64,000 nt of DNA from contig CM000207.1 in assembly GCA_000002445.1 (NCBI GenBank), positions 2,048,001 to 2,112,000 of the forward strand. Direction: 5' to 3'. The stretch is from Trypanosoma brucei (Eukaryota). Under the pieces are notes generated by a model, which saw only the letters and a list, made by a program, of their open reading frames with translations, had not been told where the DNA came from and searched no databases. The number at the start of each line of letters is the position of its first letter. The first letter of the stretch is position 1. Positions 52,263 through 63,291 of this stretch are shown piece by piece. A program made the translations under genes and the position numbers.

Positions 52263-54965
52263 CTAATTGGGATGCCGTCTACCCAGTTCCTCGTCTGCAA
52301 GTTTCCACCGCTTGAGCACCGCTGTGTCGACAGCCAATAACGCTGAATCAAGAAAAAACAAATGTCCTTCCAGCCCACGAACGAAACGTCTGAAACGCTC
52401 TTCATCAAGCACCTTAGAAGAGAAATCATTCAACTTGCTGCGATGATTCAACACATGAGCAGATCCCGCAGCAGCGTTGGAGAAAGAGGCATGCGCCAAC
52501 AAAAAGGCAATATGTTTTAGCCACAGTTTTCCCCGTCCCTCGGTGGCCGGAGCCTCCGCGCACGCGGCATCTCTCAGATGCTTTCGGAGGGTTTGAAGAG
52601 TACACTCCGCTGCTTTAGGGAGAAAATGTGCAGCCACACCATCCGCCCCATTGAAATCATTCACACCGTTATCCCTAACGACTACTAAAGCATGTCGTAA
52701 CTCCTCCATGATTGCGCCCCAAAAACCATTTGTGGTGACCGACTCCCGCTGAGCCATGCGGCGACGACAAAACGATTCACATCCGACCCTTTCGCTTCCT
52801 TCAAATAGTTTCAGATAGTCATTGAGGACAGCACCTAAAAGTTCCAATAAGGACTCAGGTGTGCATGTGCAACCCGAGGCACCTTCGAACACAATCAGAT
52901 CATCATCCTCGCAAACACATGAATCGGCACCGTCGCCGGTGTTGGAGTTAACAACCGCGCCTAAGATCGGAGAGCACGGTGCAAAGGAGACGATAGATGA
53001 CTTTAGTGTGTCTTTAAGCAGTCCGGATGGCAATGAAACCATAATATTTTCCTCGTTTACTTCTGCGTCTGTCTCGGAGTTCGTTGTAACATCAAACATG
53101 CACTTTACCTCCGCCACGTCGGCTAGTTCCACCACTCTTTCATTAATCTCCTCCACATTCTCCCCAGTGATAAATGGGGTTTCCAGCATCTTTTCCCCAT
53201 CCCTTGAAAGAAAAAAGGGGCCACGATGTGGTGAAGCACTTCCCGTGACCGTGAGGAACTGTTCTCTCAGCACCTCCAACAAAGATCCGATGCCCTCGGG
53301 TATGTGGCTTTCATTAGCTGAACGTGGCGGTGCAGAGGTGTGTTTTCTTCTTTCGGGAAGACCACGGTGTTGTGCCTCCCATTTGTGCAGCAACCATGTC
53401 ACTCTCCTGTTGGTAGCGGTTTTACCAGCGTGAACCGCGCATGTCGCAGCTACAACGGAAGTGGAAGCTGCGACACCGGTTGAAAGTGGAAGTACGGAGG
53501 CCCCGTAACCTTGCAGGAGAGAGAGATTATGAAACATCTCTTCTGTCATTTCGAGTTGACCGAGTAAGCTATCCACTGCTAGATGTTGTTGTGGTACGGT
53601 AGAAACGGCAGTATACACGCTCTCTACGAAGCGCACGTCAATATCCTGCTTTATGCCGTTAATCGTTTTCACTCGATGCTCATAGTAATTGTACGCTTCG
53701 GAAGACAAAGCGCATGGAATCCGTACGACCTCTCCGCAGCTGTACTCGGAACTATTATCCGGGTGCGAGTGTATAGTAGTTGACAGGGAATTTGTCCCAT
53801 CACCGCCTTTTACGCACTGCGGACACAAAACATGCACCCAAGGGACTATGTTCCTTGAAATTCCCTCCAACTCTTTGAATCGTTTACCCGTGACGTCGAT
53901 GTTGAGACGAGGCCGACCTTGAGGAACTTTTTCCGGAGGGATCGTAGTGCCCGCTTCTTGCTTTGTTACATCCAAAAGCAACCTGGCTAGCACATCGCTT
54001 GTGGGCCCTTCCCCTCTCAAAGCGGGCCAGCGAGGGATCAAGTGAAAATCCTCTGGGACGCACCATTCCATAAAGAACAATGAATGTTTTAGAAAGTCGC
54101 TGGATACAAGGTGCACATTGCAGGAACTGGACTTGATGGCAGACTTTCGCCGGCTGCTAATGATCCAGTTGCATCCGTTTGTGTAGTTTTCCGACCTCGT
54201 TTCGATGGAAACGGTACAAAGCTGCTTAAGCTGCCGCAACGGAAGATTCAATTTGTGTCGTGGTGGGAAACCGGACATTCGTACCTCCCACCTTCCCGCA
54301 TTCTCTTCTTCCTTCTCCTTGCCTGTATGGTCCGACACAAGCCTCACAAGAGACGGTAGCATACTCCCCAGTGTAGTTCTCGGTGCCGCTTCAGACGGAT
54401 GCAAAACAACAAGAATAACCTCAGGGATGTTTAAAACAAGTTCAGGTTCCTCGGACGACAGTCCCTTTGTCAATGCTATCCATCGCTTCTGTAGTTCGTC
54501 CAACAAGGTGGTGGGATCCTTATACACGACGCTAAGATCAATGAGATAGTAACCATAATCGGCGGTCTCACACTTAGTGTAGTTGAACATGGGGCGGTAA
54601 AGGCGAGCACAATGGCAAAACCCTCCGCTTTCATCACCTGGAGGAAAAGAACACAGAAGAGTGTGTCGTACCCCCGGCTGGGATATGTCAAACTCTTGTT
54701 GAAAAGCCCTCAGAAGCACCTCTTCGGTGGATGAGAGTTCACTCTGTGGCTGCATGAACCCAAGCAGTCGTGTGGCACGTGCATTTAAAACATCTTCCCT
54801 GATTTTACCCTTGGCAGCAGCCGCTAGCAAGTCATCCCCCGCCCTCAATGTGGTCAAAGCAACCATACCACAAAGCCGTTGAGCATACAATGGCTTCTGC
54901 TGCTTCTCTTCAGTCATGTTCAAAATTTCTGAAGTTCCTCTTACGTCAGTAGCGGGAGACGACAC
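52263..54965 (-). CDS. Hypothetical protein, 900 aa (lineage-specific or unrecognised).
   Basis: A long uninterrupted ORF in the array orientation with coding-like composition. Several Cys/His clusters are present (e.g. VHVLCPQCVKGGDG; CVCEDDD...CTCTPE) but no motif I can assign. The plus-strand antisense ORF 52822..53433 overlaps it and was rejected. Confidence 0.55.
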   Translation of the reverse strand: MSSPATDVRGTSEILNMTEEKQQKPLYAQRLCGMVALTTLRAGDDLLAAAAKGKIREDVLNARATRLLGFMQPQSELSSTEEVLLRAFQQEFDISQPGVRHTLLCSFPPGDESGGFCHCARLYRPMFNYTKCETADYGYYLIDLSVVYKDPTTLLDELQKRWIALTKGLSSEEPELVLNIPEVILVVLHPSEAAPRTTLGSMLPSLVRLVSDHTGKEKEEENAGRWEVRMSGFPPRHKLNLPLRQLKQLCTVSIETRSENYTNGCNWIISSRRKSAIKSSSCNVHLVSSDFLKHSLFFMEWCVPEDFHLIPRWPALRGEGPTSDVLARLLLDVTKQEAGTTIPPEKVPQGRPRLNIDVTGKRFKELEGISRNIVPWVHVLCPQCVKGGDGTNSLSTTIHSHPDNSSEYSCGEVVRIPCALSSEAYNYYEHRVKTINGIKQDIDVRFVESVYTAVSTVPQQHLAVDSLLGQLEMTEEMFHNLSLLQGYGASVLPLSTGVAASTSVVAATCAVHAGKTATNRRVTWLLHKWEAQHRGLPERRKHTSAPPRSANESHIPEGIGSLLEVLREQFLTVTGSASPHRGPFFLSRDGEKMLETPFITGENVEEINERVVELADVAEVKCMFDVTTNSETDAEVNEENIMVSLPSGLLKDTLKSSIVSFAPCSPILGAVVNSNTGDGADSCVCEDDDLIVFEGASGCTCTPESLLELLGAVLNDYLKLFEGSERVGCESFCRRRMAQRESVTTNGFWGAIMEELRHALVVVRDNGVNDFNGADGVAAHFLPKAAECTLQTLRKHLRDAACAEAPATEGRGKLWLKHIAFLLAHASFSNAAAGSAHVLNHRSKLNDFSSKVLDEERFRRFVRGLEGHLFFLDSALLAVDTAVLKRWKLADEELGRRHPN

Positions 54966-55516
54966 TCGTATGTGGAAGGGAACACTAATGAAAGTTCACA
55001 GTGGGGTAGGAAGAGAATAAGAATCCGAGGGGGGAAATATGATGAGAAGCACGGCACAAACTTTGCAAATACCAAGCCTCGCGACGCCAGCCCATTCATA
55101 TGTGTATGTACAGATATATTTACTCATGTATTTACCTGGCTTCCTCCTCAATTCAAATTTATTGTTACGTTCATGTGTAAAAAAAAAAAAAGAGACAGTT
55201 ACATGGCTGTGTTTTTTTTTAAAAAAATAGTTTTCAACGAAGTGGCTGAGTCATGTGTAGGAACAACATCATGTAGAATGTAGTGTACACACTAGCAGCT
55301 TCCACACACGTGCGCATATCCATACACTAACCAGTCAGAGACGATAAACAACATTGAAAAAAAATAAAAGTAAAAAGGGAGCTTTTGGCCAACAACAGCC
55401 AACAGGGAAAGAAGAAAGCGTCCGATATTTCGAGAAAACACCAGGTGGTTCCTGTTTACAACTCCACTGATTTGTTCTTCATGCGCCACCACAAGCCTTG
55501 TGTGTAGCTGTTGTGT

Positions 55517-56785
55517 TTAATAGAAGGGTTTGAACCGCGCTAGGCGCCACAACAACCGTTGCTTGAAGGAAGGCTGGAGCGGTCGTCGCATCCAAGTGAC
55601 AACGGCTCCGTTGCCCATCTGCATTTCGCTGTCCGTTTTGTAAATCATCCAGCGCGAAAGATGCGGTAGATACATTTTCGCCCAATTATCCCGTATGTAC
55701 GGCGGAACAATGTCGGCATCTCTAGGACGATACTTGAAGCATCCCCACGTGTCCCATGGATTCCCCTCAATGTAACTGTCAGGGGTTCCAAAGTAAATAC
55801 ACTCTCGGACTGAGCCCGTGCGACGAATAATCGCGGTGATGTCCATATTCATAATCATATCCGAGAACAATACAATTGAGGGTTCATACTTCTCCAAAGC
55901 CACCTGGTCTTTCATTTTGATGATAGGGTGTGGTTTGAACTCCTCTTGCTTGTGCTGTGGAATAACAAGAAGGTATGGGTTCATGTTTGGTTTCTCATGG
56001 ACATGAATAATTGGGACGGGGATTTTCCCAGTTTTGTTCAGCATGGCACCAAATTTCCCCGTGCGAGAACCCAAAAAAAGAATGGGGGCTTTCCTTGCTT
56101 TCGGATCTTCAATTAACCCATGGCGGTACGCGATGTACTCTGCCGTGCTGTCGATTAGTTCTCTGTTAAGCAGCGTCGATTGTGCTGTCACCATCATAAG
56201 GTAAGCCAATGTGCTGAAGGGGGAGTAGTAGTTCCAGAAAAGGCAATACCACTCCTCAAATGTGAGTGCTGTCTCCTTATTAGCGTTGCAATTAGAGAGT
56301 GGAAGTCGCGAAATATCCTCTAAGCGTACAAACATCCCTTGCTTCCAAAATAGCGGCTTTCTCAATCCTACCGCCCGCAGTGCCGAAGTGTATGAGGGAA
56401 GGTACGAAGGATAGAAACAGCGCTCCAACTCCGCATAATCCAAATTATTCGCCTTCATGAAGCTGTTCCCAAGGAACTCCGCATAAAGTACAGCGATGGC
56501 TTGCAAGCTACTGTCCTTTCCTTTCTTATCCGCCACCTGCAGCCGCTCCCGGAGGTTGTCGAACCGTTCCGCCTCAAACCGTGGATGAAGAGAACCGGTG
56601 AGTTGCACAAATTTTGACTCCGCTGCTTTACTGTGGAAACGATTCACAGGCGGTACCTCAAATGTGTAACCATTGAGCGAAGCCACTCTTTGGTAAATGC
56701 TGCGTTCCTCCTCACTAGAGTACTGCACGCCTAACTTCGTGGGAGTGCCAAACTCTCCACCTCCGCTGCCACCATGTTTGGTCAT
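55517..56785 (-). CDS. Hypothetical protein, 422 aa.
   Basis: A well-formed ORF in the array orientation. The product is aromatic-rich and looks globular (WYCLFWNYYSPFSTLAYLMM...; GNPWDTWGCFKYRPRDADIVPPY). I identify no family. Confidence 0.5.
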   Translation of the reverse strand: MTKHGGSGGGEFGTPTKLGVQYSSEEERSIYQRVASLNGYTFEVPPVNRFHSKAAESKFVQLTGSLHPRFEAERFDNLRERLQVADKKGKDSSLQAIAVLYAEFLGNSFMKANNLDYAELERCFYPSYLPSYTSALRAVGLRKPLFWKQGMFVRLEDISRLPLSNCNANKETALTFEEWYCLFWNYYSPFSTLAYLMMVTAQSTLLNRELIDSTAEYIAYRHGLIEDPKARKAPILFLGSRTGKFGAMLNKTGKIPVPIIHVHEKPNMNPYLLVIPQHKQEEFKPHPIIKMKDQVALEKYEPSIVLFSDMIMNMDITAIIRRTGSVRECIYFGTPDSYIEGNPWDTWGCFKYRPRDADIVPPYIRDNWAKMYLPHLSRWMIYKTDSEMQMGNGAVVTWMRRPLQPSFKQRLLWRLARFKPFY

Positions 56786-59169
56786 GACTGATACAACTAC
56801 TGCTTACACTTACACGATACTGTCTCGCTGCTGCTTCTTACCGTGTGTTTCCTCTCTTCCAGCCTTGCAGAACACACTGCTGAACCTGCCACGGAATATA
56901 TATATGTATGCGAATAACAGAGTCGGTGACACAAACAAATATTGGAAAAACAAATCAAAGGTGGAGAGAGTGAGCGAAGCACGCAAAACACTGAATTGTC
57001 ACCCAGCGAATAATACGCTCCACACAAACAATGTGTATTCTCTCCCTCCTTCTTTTCCTTGTCTTTTTTTCAAAATGCGTAATGGCAATACAACAAATAA
57101 AAAGAAATGAATAAAAAAGAAGCGTAAGAAAGCGAAAGACAGGATAAAAGATGTGACAAAGGGAGAAAACACAACATTGTCAGGTAGCATAAAGAGAAGA
57201 ATTGAGGTGCAACAGAAAGCAACACAAGACCATGTTACAATGGGAGTTGTTTTTTGTTTTTTGCAGCCGATAGCTTCCCAATTAGTGAAGAAGCGAGCAT
57301 TACTAACTTTTAGCAAATAAATAAAGGGATCTATCCATATATAGATAGGCATATCGATAGATAATAACATATTTGCTCATTCAATTAATACGACATGCTT
57401 AGACTCGGCATCAATAATTGTTACAAGGAAGAATTAGGGGAGGAAGGGTAAGTAGGAAATAAGGTAGAGAAGAGGAGAGAGAGAGAGGGGGGGGGAAACG
57501 ACACCACCAACACAACGACACACCGAAACCAGGAAAAAAAGGTATGCTGATAATTTGGTATTTACAACATTAAGTGAAGCATGTGATTGGGATCATTCGA
57601 GTGGCAGTCAACACCATATCACGTGCCTCACCTCTCAGCAGCCCATGAAATAAAAACTCAGATGGAAAAAGTAGAGACAGGGAAAAGCAAGACAGATAAG
57701 GGGCACACAGAGACGCAAATCCATACATAATTTGTACATCTATATTTATTTACTTACCTGTTTACCTCTGACAATGACGACAAGGACGACAACAAGAAAT
57801 AAAGGGAAGGAAAAAAACAAAAAACAAAAAGAAACCAAAGCGACAGGTGTCGAAGCAAAGTAAGAAGCTGAGATGATCTACCGAGGTCCTTTGATTTACC
57901 GGTGCAATGCAACACTCACTGAATATAATGCCACATGCATCGGCTAACACAAATCACCGGTAATTAAATCTCCTTTTTAGAAAACCTCGAAAACTTGCCA
58001 CGACGGTGCGCTAAAAAATAAAAACGAAAAAAAAAAAGTAATGTGATAAACGGAAGAAACACAAAAAGAAAAAAATTGCAGCATAGGGCCCCCCTCATCT
58101 GTCTGCATTTTCCAAATGCAGCAACCAATAAAAAAGAAAGGTGCGTGGAAGCAGCATCGTTGGCAACAAAACAACATAAAAATAAGATCGAACAGAGAAA
58201 CGGAAGGATAAACTATCCCTATTTCCTCCAAACATTTCACAATAAATATGTATAAGTGTATATGAGTTCCAAAACTCCGCAACAACAAACTCATGTGGAC
58301 GTGGCAAAAGAGAAGCAAATACTGGTATATTTGAAACAAAACGAAGGAAAAAGAATGGAGTGAATAACAATGACAGCAATAATCATAACAAAAGTAAAAG
58401 TGACTGGAACAACAGTCATTGCTATTATCAAGAAACTGTGATCCTTCTCACGCTATTTAAGCCATTAATTACCCGTATTTGTTGCGCCTCCTCTCTCACC
58501 TTTTATTCTACCGTTATTACTCAAAAGTGCTTTAACCGCACACTCTCCCATCCATCCAACATTTTCCCCTTGGGTGGTATTATCTCTTCATAATAAGTAT
58601 AATCATATTAATTTACTTAGCTGTTTCAGCTGCTGATATGGTTGTCCCCTGACTTAGCCCAACTCACCTGGCACTCACCATTTCCGCCCTTTTTTTTTCA
58701 CCCATTCATTGATTTAGCTGTCTTAAACTATCTTCACTTCCGTACACTCATACCGTCCCTATCCTTTTTTCCTTTCCTGCTACCGTTTTATAAATTGGAC
58801 AGGCTCGAGGAGTATTGGCGTGGAAAAAAAAAAAGGAGTAGTCGGCACGCACAGAAATATATATATATAGATCTTTTCCCACACTTATTTGAAGAAACCT
58901 ACGGCGACTGTAGTAATGGCAACACCACTGAAAATAACAACAACAAGAAGGGTGAAAATCTCTATCTTTTCATTTTTAGTTACTGGAAAGTTTTCGTTAT
59001 TTCCTTCTATTAGCATGTTCACGTTCATTTTCGCCTTCCTTCCTTATTTGCTTTCCCCTCGCTCCCCTCGTTTTTTGTGGAGGAGGTCCTTTAATAGAGG
59101 ATGAGCGTTCTTTTGTTTCATTCCAATAAAAAGAAAAATGTTCCCCACATTCACCCAACACATTTCTCT

Positions 59170-62100
59170 CTATTTGTAGCTCCTTGGGTGCTGCATCACC
59201 CCAACTGGTTCAGGGATGGGCTCTGGACGATGATAAGGAGCGCAACCGTTGGAAGAGAACACCAGCGCGGACTGCCTCGTGGGGTTAAAACCCGGTGGTG
59301 GCTCACGGGGTTTGCAATGCGGCACTGCAGACCCTTCATTCCCTCCTACTCGAACCTTCGTTGCTGCTTCCTCAATACCTTCAATGATACGTATTACGTT
59401 AGATGTGATCATCGCGGGAATGAGATCGGGCCTGGCTTCCATGTTGCATGGAATGCCAAAGTTGCTTCCATTCGCAATCAGGAGATCTGACATTGTTTCA
59501 ACGTCCGTGATACTGGCCTCGCGCTGCAAGAGCATGTGAAGTATGCACAACCGCGCGCACATTAAGCGTCGCAGCTGAAGCAGCTGCAAAGCCGTTTGGC
59601 AATCACAAGTAATGAAAACACGGCTACCGCACTGCCATACCTCAAACGTCACTGGGGCCGCTTCGTCAACGATCTCCTCGAAGAGAATAGTACTGCTAAA
59701 CACCAGAAGCATTACGTTGTACACCTCTTGAGAGAGTTGGGAGCTAAAAGAACCAACGAGGCGATCGTAAGCTGTGTGGAGAGTATAGGGGACGCACACT
59801 GTGTTGCGCGTCCACGGGCATGCTGTAGGCACCGACATATCGCGAGAGCAGTTGATGTTCACGAACACACCGCTCCCGGCAAACCGCTTCTTCTGCGCAG
59901 TTTCAGCATCATGCAAAACAAAAATGCCACGCTGCATAAATGCTGCGGAACACAAGATGGAGAGCATCTGGGCATGTGTGTCATATTGTCGACGGAGATC
60001 GCCAACATCATCGATGTCCTCAAATGGGATTAAAGCGCCAAGCTGATCCTTTGCCTGCTGTACCAACAGCAGGATATCGACAATACGCATGCGGCTTAGA
60101 TAGCGTTTCTCGCACCATGTATTCTGTCCTTCTTCAGATAGCCCTTCCTGCTGCATTTGCATGTACTCAAGTACGGCACCAACCGATGACACCACATCAT
60201 TACGCAACCTGCCCTTGAACTGAAGCATCGTCTCTTGCACACAATTTTTGACTTTAAGTCGTTCTACTCTGTCCGTCACGTCGTATGGGACGTAAAACGG
60301 CGAGTTGCACGCAATGCATGATGCTGCCACTATGGAAAGTGTAGTAAGACCAGTAAGAAGGCCATGGAACACAACGGCGCCCGCATTCACAGCGAAAGGA
60401 AGGCGACCCACAATCAGACCTCGTAGTGCGACGTGATACCGTAGGTTTGCCGGCGGTTTTGTTGCCAGTTGCCTACTATCTACACCTTCCAGACCACCTT
60501 GTTTTGTCTCCGACCGAGATTCATATGCCTCACTTACAAGTTCACTCCACACCTTCTTGATGCTGAGGTGCTCAGGGTTATCGATACGCTCAATCAAAGA
60601 GGTGTGGTCCTCCTCGGGAACAATATAACCGCCATCACACAAAGTGTTCAAACTCAACTGCACGCTCACGTTACGAGGTTTCTCTGGACACATAGAGAAG
60701 AGAATATAAGGCGCACTGGTTAAATACAGACAGTGAAGCACAATCTCATGTATAACAGCATTGCTTAAACGACAGTCACATGGCGGTAGCTGAGGTACTT
60801 GTTCTTTCAAGACCATCGTGAAGAAGAAACCTTGCTGGACGCGCCCAGCGCGTCCGCGCCGCTGTTTGAGATTTACAGCGCTCTCCCACATAAGCTCAAG
60901 TGGTGGAAATGCAACAGAGTTGGGGTTCGACTCAGTGATGTATGGACGCTTCACTGTGCCGGAATCGATGACAAAAACAACATCTGGAAGTGTAATGGAC
61001 ACTTCAGCAATATCAGTAGCTACATATACCTTCTTTTTCGTCCCCGATTTCCGCTGTATGGCCTCCTGCACGTACGAGAGTTCAATGTCACGATACCATG
61101 GAATGGCATCAAGTTCTTCACCCAAGTTGTCCCGTATCCACAACGTGAGTTGTTCGACGACCGTGCGTCCAGGAACAAACATAAGTATGCTGTCCCCAGG
61201 TTTAGCAGCGGTGGCTAGGAACTCGAGTAACTTTTTCATATAAAAAATTATAGTATGTAACTGAATTGAGCTCATGATTCCACTACTCTCAATATCGGGT
61301 GCAACGCAAGCGACGCCAATTAGTCTGCTGACATCTTCAAGGTAGTAGTCGTGCACGGGGTACATAGCATTGGCCTTGGAATACTCCCCAACCGTTAAAC
61401 CGTCAAAGAAACCCGCCCATTTAGACGCCTCTGCAGTTGCACTGCAGAGTATAAGCTTTATCCGCCCAGGATTGCGCTTCATAACTAACTTCATCAGCAA
61501 CAGTGACACCTCCACCTCCACCGATCGCTCGTGGAACTCATCAAATATGACGTGCGTCATCCCAATACAGTCCGGTGTGGTGTGTAACAGATAGAGAAAG
61601 AGGGTGTAATTTGTCACGTACATAATCGGAGTTTGCCCCACTTCACCCGCATGTTCCCCGCGAACCCAATACCCCACGCGGCTTCCCACTTTCTCGCCGT
61701 AAAAAACGGAAACGCGCTCCGCCAGTTTAATTGCGGGTGTGCGCCGCGGCTGCGTGTTTACAATTTTCGCTCCTGGGTCGTCGTCCAGTATAGCCTTAGG
61801 GATAAGTGTGCTTTTCCCGGTACCCGTGTCTGTTACTACGATCGTCACATCGTGAGCGGCAACTAAGTCGAGGACCTGGCTAACATCAAGGGTTCCGACA
61901 ACACCAGTGGTGCTCGACGCCTGTTTGCGCAAGTGATCTGCAGTTTCATTTTGGTCTTCTTGCAGTGCGTAAAGTCGCTTAAATTTTTCAAGTGCCTCCT
62001 TGTCTGGTGGCAAAGACGACGGAGGCATTACGTTAGAGCCAGAAGGTCGGCCGCCCCGCCTGTTGCCTCCACGACGGTCGATCATTCTCCCCGCCCCGAC

Positions 62101-63291
62101 TGCACCACCGTCAATCATGCGATCCACCATGGCAGCATCCCTATCCATTCCCCTTCTTGGGTCGCGATCCATCATGGCAGCATCCCTATCCTGATCTGTG
62201 TCCCAGTTCCTTCCTTCCATTCGCTGCGACTCGCCCCAAGCCTCTTGCTGATGCTTTGGGCACCGCGACTGTGGCTCATGGTGACCAGCCCCCTCTGCGT
62301 CCCTGTAATTAGGGAGAGGTCGGGGATGAGCTGTGTTGGTTTCCCCCTTAGGCTGAAGATGGAGTAAGTGTTGCAACACGTCAAACTCGCTGTTGTAACC
62401 CCTAGTGATGTGCAACCGTACATCTTTCTCTGGTTGCGGCTGCTGTTGTGTATCATGTTCGCAAGCTATGCTCCGTTGTGCATTCATCAGATGACTAGAC
62501 GAATCAGCGAATTGTCCGTGACCCTCTGAACTATTTCGATGCTCTTCACCTGAGTATCCAGGCGGTGCGCCGCGGGGTGCTCTCCGGTCGTAGCTCGGGA
62601 TAGGAAATAAATGCGAGTGAGGAGGCTGTCGCCCCGCATTCATTCCGTGGGGGTGTCCGTGCGACCTGGGGTAAGGCGGTGATCCAAGAGCATCCTCTGA
62701 GTGTCGCCGTTGCTGATTCCATTCGTCGCTTGGTCGTGTTTCCTTATCCCACCGGTGAACCTCACGCACGGAATCATCGCACCGTTGTTGCTGAGTTATC
62801 CAGCGCTGTTGTGACGATGACCTCCTTATGGCTCCCTCTGAACTTTTAACCATCTGAGGGTAGTCACACGGGCGCGACTTGGTGCTGCGTTGCTCATCAC
62901 ACCAGCCCCTCTTATCACGAGTGTGTTGAGTATCATGGTGCAAGTATGGATCCACGTCGCTCCTGTGGTGCTGAAGCCTCCTGTTGTCTCCCACAGTGGA
63001 GGAGTACGCACCACCGCAGATGTCACTGTCGTCGGTATAATTATCTTTTCGGACGGTGAGGGAGACGTGTTGGTTACCTGACATGCCCCTGCCTTGTCGA
63101 GAGTACGGGTTACTGAGGGGGAAAGAACCTTGTTGCCGATTCCGGTATTCGTCTTTCCGCATTTCAGCGGGGTCGGAAATGCTTGCCTTGTTGGTGATTT
63201 TGGTGTTGCTCCCTTTTAAATGGATAGTAAGGAATGCAGTTACGACGCTAAAGCACAGTAAGCAGCTACACTGCAAACCCTTCCCAAGCAA
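59170..63291 (-). CDS. DExH-box (RHA/DHX-type) ATP-dependent RNA helicase with a long R/G/H/Q-rich repetitive N-terminal region. The exact start is uncertain.
   Basis: The helicase motifs are present in order: motif I VVTDTGTGKSTLIPKAIL, motif II HVIFDEFHERS (DEFH), motif III SATAEAS, motif V TDIAEVSITLPDVVFVIDSG, and motif VI QRRGRAGRV. After these come HA2/OB-like C-terminal domains. The N-terminal ~450 aa is low-complexity and contains RG/RGG elements and 15-aa tandem repeats (MDRDAAMMDRDPRRG / MDRDAAMVDRMIDGG). Confidence 0.85.
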   Translation of the reverse strand: MLGKGLQCSCLLCFSVVTAFLTIHLKGSNTKITNKASISDPAEMRKDEYRNRQQGSFPLSNPYSRQGRGMSGNQHVSLTVRKDNYTDDSDICGGAYSSTVGDNRRLQHHRSDVDPYLHHDTQHTRDKRGWCDEQRSTKSRPCDYPQMVKSSEGAIRRSSSQQRWITQQQRCDDSVREVHRWDKETRPSDEWNQQRRHSEDALGSPPYPRSHGHPHGMNAGRQPPHSHLFPIPSYDRRAPRGAPPGYSGEEHRNSSEGHGQFADSSSHLMNAQRSIACEHDTQQQPQPEKDVRLHITRGYNSEFDVLQHLLHLQPKGETNTAHPRPLPNYRDAEGAGHHEPQSRCPKHQQEAWGESQRMEGRNWDTDQDRDAAMMDRDPRRGMDRDAAMVDRMIDGGAVGAGRMIDRRGGNRRGGRPSGSNVMPPSSLPPDKEALEKFKRLYALQEDQNETADHLRKQASSTTGVVGTLDVSQVLDLVAAHDVTIVVTDTGTGKSTLIPKAILDDDPGAKIVNTQPRRTPAIKLAERVSVFYGEKVGSRVGYWVRGEHAGEVGQTPIMYVTNYTLFLYLLHTTPDCIGMTHVIFDEFHERSVEVEVSLLLMKLVMKRNPGRIKLILCSATAEASKWAGFFDGLTVGEYSKANAMYPVHDYYLEDVSRLIGVACVAPDIESSGIMSSIQLHTIIFYMKKLLEFLATAAKPGDSILMFVPGRTVVEQLTLWIRDNLGEELDAIPWYRDIELSYVQEAIQRKSGTKKKVYVATDIAEVSITLPDVVFVIDSGTVKRPYITESNPNSVAFPPLELMWESAVNLKQRRGRAGRVQQGFFFTMVLKEQVPQLPPCDCRLSNAVIHEIVLHCLYLTSAPYILFSMCPEKPRNVSVQLSLNTLCDGGYIVPEEDHTSLIERIDNPEHLSIKKVWSELVSEAYESRSETKQGGLEGVDSRQLATKPPANLRYHVALRGLIVGRLPFAVNAGAVVFHGLLTGLTTLSIVAASCIACNSPFYVPYDVTDRVERLKVKNCVQETMLQFKGRLRNDVVSSVGAVLEYMQMQQEGLSEEGQNTWCEKRYLSRMRIVDILLLVQQAKDQLGALIPFEDIDDVGDLRRQYDTHAQMLSILCSAAFMQRGIFVLHDAETAQKKRFAGSGVFVNINCSRDMSVPTACPWTRNTVCVPYTLHTAYDRLVGSFSSQLSQEVYNVMLLVFSSTILFEEIVDEAAPVTFEVWQCGSRVFITCDCQTALQLLQLRRLMCARLCILHMLLQREASITDVETMSDLLIANGSNFGIPCNMEARPDLIPAMITSNVIRIIEGIEEAATKVRVGGNEGSAVPHCKPREPPPGFNPTRQSALVFSSNGCAPYHRPEPIPEPVGVMQHPRSYK
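62121..62191. repeat. 45-bp-period tandem repeat (two copies of the core gatccaYcatggcagcatccctatcc) inside the helicase CDS.
   Basis: Directly visible: gatccaccatggcagcatccctatcc ... gatccatcatggcagcatccctatcc with a 19-nt spacer. It encodes the MDRDAAM(M/V)DR peptide repeats on the minus strand. Confidence 0.8.
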
